A stretch of 63,015 bases of DNA, counting the filler, from Collodictyon triciliatum (Eukaryota): assembly GCA_043381765.1 (NCBI GenBank). It is 5 parts of 5 records of this genome, joined end to end, with 100 filler letters (N's around TTAATTAATTAA, not from the genome) between each part and the next. Parts side by side here need not be neighbours in the genome. Positions count along the whole stretch, not along the records: positions 47,068 to 59,168 come from JBHJMP010002238.1; positions 59,269 to 63,015 come from JBHJMP010002306.1; 3 more parts are not named here. One strand, written 5' to 3'. This document shows, piece by piece, positions 59,046 through 63,015 of the stretch (position 1 is the first letter of the stretch; every line of letters begins with the position of its first letter). The notes beneath the pieces were generated by a model that was given only the letters and a program-made list of their open reading frames with translations, was not told the origin of the DNA and ran no database searches. The position numbers and the translations under genes are program-made.

Positions 59046-59168
59046 CATAAATGTCACTTTAGGTCCATACACAATCTCTTGAACATTTTTTTTTATTCTT
59101 CCTTTCAACTTTTGTGCAGGACCGAGGGGGGGGGGGGGGGGGGGGGGCAGAAAGTTAGTGATGAATAA

Positions 59169-59268
59169 NNNNNNNNNNNNNNNNNNNNNNNNNNNNNNNN
59201 NNNNNNNNNNNNTTAATTAATTAANNNNNNNNNNNNNNNNNNNNNNNNNNNNNNNNNNNNNNNNNNNN
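59169..59268. other. Artificial scaffold linker
   Basis: N44-TTAATTAATTAA-N44. Confidence 0.97.
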
Positions 59269-59939
59269 AAAAAAAAAAAAAAAAAAAAAAAAGAAAACAG
59301 ACACGCGCACACAGGAGGAAAAAAAAAAGGGTGTCTTTGTCAGCGATCCAACATATGTCTTCGTGTCTGCCTCGTACAATTGTCAAAACATATTTCGCGA
59401 GACTCCAGCTCCCAACTTGAATTGCTCTCGCAGCCAGAAGAAGCCGCCCGCAAACATGACTCTCGTCTGTCTTTGTGTGTGGCAGATTGACTACGAAGGA
59501 AACCGCCCACGAAGTTTTTTCTTCTTTTTTTGAGTCTGCGATCTTGCCAACTAACAAGAGGCAGATGGTTGTTTGGACTCTGCGAACCGGCCTGGAGTCC
59601 ATGGCCATTCCGCCTATGATTGGGAGAACCATTTGGCGACAATCAGCAGAATGCAGATTCAATTATTTAAAGGTGAGCCACAAGGTTTCTCTGAATATTC
59701 AATAGAAACAAGACACATATGTATTTAGTTCTGCACATATGAAGTTGGGTGCGTTGTTGTCAATATGTGGTACGGTACCTTGTCCGAGGGAAGAGAGGGC
59801 TGCACCTTATATCGTTTTCCCTGTCTTTTTTTCTTCCTTAGGTTTGTGTATGCGTGGGATATACACGAGATTGCTGGAGTGTTTTCCATGATCACTTTAT
59901 GTATTTCATAGCAGTAAGCGATGAGGAGATATGAGTAGG

Positions 59940-62462
59940 TTAGTAGTCATTATCCGTGCTTTGATTTCTTCTTGGCTTGCTCAATCAAAGGGAGAAGTTG
60001 GCCTTTTTCGGAGAGTATCTTCAAGAAGTTTACCAGGAACGGTACGTAGTTGTGTTTTCTTCTCAGATTTTCAACCTATGCGCAGATACACATATTGCAT
60101 ACATAATAACAGGGTAAAAAGATGGTCTATATTCGATGTAAAGGTGTTTATAAGGCGCGTAGGGTTTGCATCATAGTACACTGTGATGAAACAATCAACT
60201 TACTCTCCACCTCTCAAACTTTGTTCGCTCTCCTCCGATGAGGCCCTCATAGACGCAACCTTCCTTGGTTAATGCACCCAGCTTCTCCTTCAGTTCAGGT
60301 ACTGCATTTGCAATGTTGCGGCATTCATTAAAAAAAAAAAAAAAAGAGGGATTTTCATTCAGTCATGGCAAGATGATGACAGCAGAAAACCTGAGCCTGG
60401 TATATCTTCCTTCGATTCGCCTGGTACAAGAATGGGAATCAGTAATATGAAAATAAGGTAAATACATTACTGTTTTTTTTTTTTTTTTTTTTAATAGAGG
60501 GAAAAAAAGAATATTAAATTGATTTTAGAATTTTGTGTTTTTCCCCCTTTAGTCTTGAAACCTGGATTTCCTCCTCCAACGTCGCTCTATTATAATAAAA
60601 TTTCCCGTGTTAAATTTAATGGGCAAGCCAAAGATATCAGGTAATATCTGTTTGCAGAAAAAGAAATTGAGGAACCTGGTCTTCTGGGACTTCCTCTCCA
60701 AGTTCCACAAGTTTGTATATGATTTTAGCCTTCAAATTGTAGATTTCACGCAGTTTGTCTTCATAAATTTCTCTTCTAAAAGGAAAACGAACAATCAAAC
60801 AAGCGCCATTCTTGAGAATATAAAAAACGTCACTTAACAATGATTCATGAAAAGTATTCGTATGACATTAGATAATGACCTGTTTTGTATCACAGCGAGG
60901 AGATTGAATCGAATCTCGGATGCAGAGTACCTAAGAGAATTGGAACCATATGCTACGTAAATAAATAAAATTCAATATATATAGTTCAGAATAAGAACCT
61001 TTCTATCCTCCTTTGAATTATAGGAGCGACTGCTTGGAGCCAGTTGTCTTCATTGCACTCTCCTGTATCACGTAAATTTGGTCATGAATCCTTATCAAGT
61101 TCCATGGATTCATTTTTTTCAAGTGAAAAATGTCATGCAAAGAAAAATGGTGAAATAGTTTGAAAAAAAAAGTGTATGAGCAAGTATTGCAAAATTTACG
61201 GGATAAAATAATAACCTCTGTAGATAGGCCCGTCTTTCAATCCATCAAGCTCATATAGAGCACCTTGAAACGGGATGTAGCTGATAAAGTGATAGACATC
61301 TTCATCTCCAGTGGCCTCCTTCTCTTCGATGCTAAATATTTCCTCTCTATTTGATGCGTTGGGTGGATAAAAATGATAATACGAGTTTAAGATTTTTCTA
61401 ATCGGCCAAATATGGAAACTTTCCTATACATAAAACCAAAGACAACAACAAGAGGAAAAAACCTTGAGAAGCTGTTGTGTACATTTCTTATCGTATCACT
61501 GTTTGAAATGGCAAACCCTTTAAGCTGGATTTGGAGTATTAGGTGAAGATAGCACTTTTAACTTTGAAAATACTGGTAGGTTTGAATGTAATCCAATAAA
61601 ATCTGGAAGAGAGGTGGAGTACCTCTGGGGGGAATTCCATTGAAAATGACTTGAATGAGCTTAGTTCCTCTCCAAGATCGATGGAATCTTCTCGATTCAG
61701 TAGAATAGATAATATTGCTTGGGTGGCACATGCATTGTTGATAACCTTAACATGCATTAAAAGTAGTATTTGAATTCGTTAAATGATTTATATTTAATTA
61801 TGGGTTTGATAGGTACACAAAGGATTATATTTCTGGGCATAAAACATCACTGACCAAACAGGTGGTTATTTATTTCATACGAACCTATTAATCTATATAA
61901 AAAAAACCTGCTTTGCAAAAAAGAGCTCAGGAGGAGCGTCCTTCAAAACTTGTCCGTCCTCTTGGTCGCCCGGCCTCCACTTGAACAAGAAGATGAGCCC
62001 ATATATCGGCCTCAACGTTTTAACAGCATTCAACGTCAATAGTGGGTATATATCTTTGAAAGCACAAATAAAAATAAAATAAAAATAAAATAAAAATAAA
62101 ATAAAAATAAAATAAAAATAAAATAAAAATAAAATAAAAATAAAATAAAAATAAAATAAAATAAAAATAAAATAAAATAAAATAAAATAAAATAAAAATA
62201 AAAAATAATGAAATAATGAAATACTTCAACTGAGAAAATGATTCTTGATCAAGAGCATAAAGTTCCTCCACTTGAACTCCCTTAACGCCGATTCCTTGGA
62301 TGAGCTCTGTAAAAACACCTGCTTAAAGAGATTAAAAATATGCTCCAAAGCACCTGGTCAAAAGAATAAAACCAATCAACAACGAAACAAAGAAACAAAG
62401 AAACTTGGGTCTTTAAATTACTGAATGTAACCTGGATCGGACTCTATTGTGCACCAACTCAT
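59940..62462 (-). CDS. UCHL5: Ubiquitin C-terminal hydrolase UCH37/UCHL5
   Basis: [85 protein letters not shown]. All introns are GT-AG, with short 25- and 30-nt exons. Confidence 0.95.
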
Positions 62463-63015
62463 CGCTTGTCCGAGAGTTTTCCTGGGCTGATGATCGTGTG
62501 GTTTAGTGTTTGTGTGTATGACTCTGAATCAGCTCGTGGTTGTTTTCCTTCTTGGCATAATGAGCGTCGCGTTTGAGCTTTATCTTATTTTTGTGTTTGT
62601 TTTTCTTTTCTATTTTTATCTTTATGTTTATCTTTTTGCGTGCAAATATATTGTTCCACAGACACATATTTTCAATCCCCAAACAAGAGTACGAGAAAAC
62701 TTGGTTCTGTTTACTTGTCCGCAGACCTCGTCTTCTTTCTTTTGATCCACAGTACAAGAGAGTCACCAGAATATGAGATACCCATAAAGCACTCGCCATG
62801 AGTTTCTTCGTTGGTTTACGCTCAAGTGCCTTACGCAGCTATTAAATATTCATGTATAGCGCGTCCCCTTTTACTAATCTCCAACGCCCAATAATAAAAA
62901 TATACATACAAATAACCAGAGCAAAACAACAAAACAACAAAACAGAAAACAGAAAACAGAAAACAGAAAACAGAAAACAGAAAACAGAAAACAGAAAACA
63001 GAAAACAGAAAACAG

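Noticed and set aside
59269-59662. Minus-strand ORF at the scaffold start
   Set aside because: No recognisable motif; runs into poly-T and a gap, so it cannot be supported as a gene.
62936-63015. Terminal (AACAGA)n as a telomere
   Set aside because: One of many A-rich microsatellites at which contigs break; other scaffold ends carry different units.

Overview
Eukaryotic, intron-rich, microsatellite-laden protist-type genomic DNA in the standard genetic code. The organism is probably flagellated (axonemal dynein), has translating mitochondria (organellar SerRS) and retains the minor spliceosome. The window joins five scaffolds with 100-bp N44-TTAATTAATTAA-N44 linkers, so adjacency across them is meaningless. 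Genes reconstructed by hand from splice sites: Kelch-BTB protein; DUF4062-STAND NTPase-TPR-pentapeptide-WD40 NLR-like protein; pseudokinase-Sel1 protein; two convergent AMPK/MARK-family kinases; class III adenylyl cyclase; Myb/SANT-like protein; myristoylated EF-hand protein; PDCD2L; mitochondrial SerRS; alpha-arrestin; 4CL-like ligase (partial); dynein heavy chain (partial); UCHL5. Main findings: (1) a decayed Fanzor1 (eukaryotic TnpB) gene followed by a compact, strand-specific four-hairpin plus pseudoknot structure, a candidate omega-RNA; (2) six consecutive 126-nt phase-2 exons, one TPR each, in the NLR-like gene, fused to a 2-kb intronless bacterial-type pentapeptide-WD40 exon; (3) two families of very short (about 20 and 45-60 bp) A-tailed insertions with 11-18 bp target-site duplications; (4) a U12 AT-AC intron; (5) a dynein with AAA1 Walker-B E->D and sensor-I N->K substitutions.
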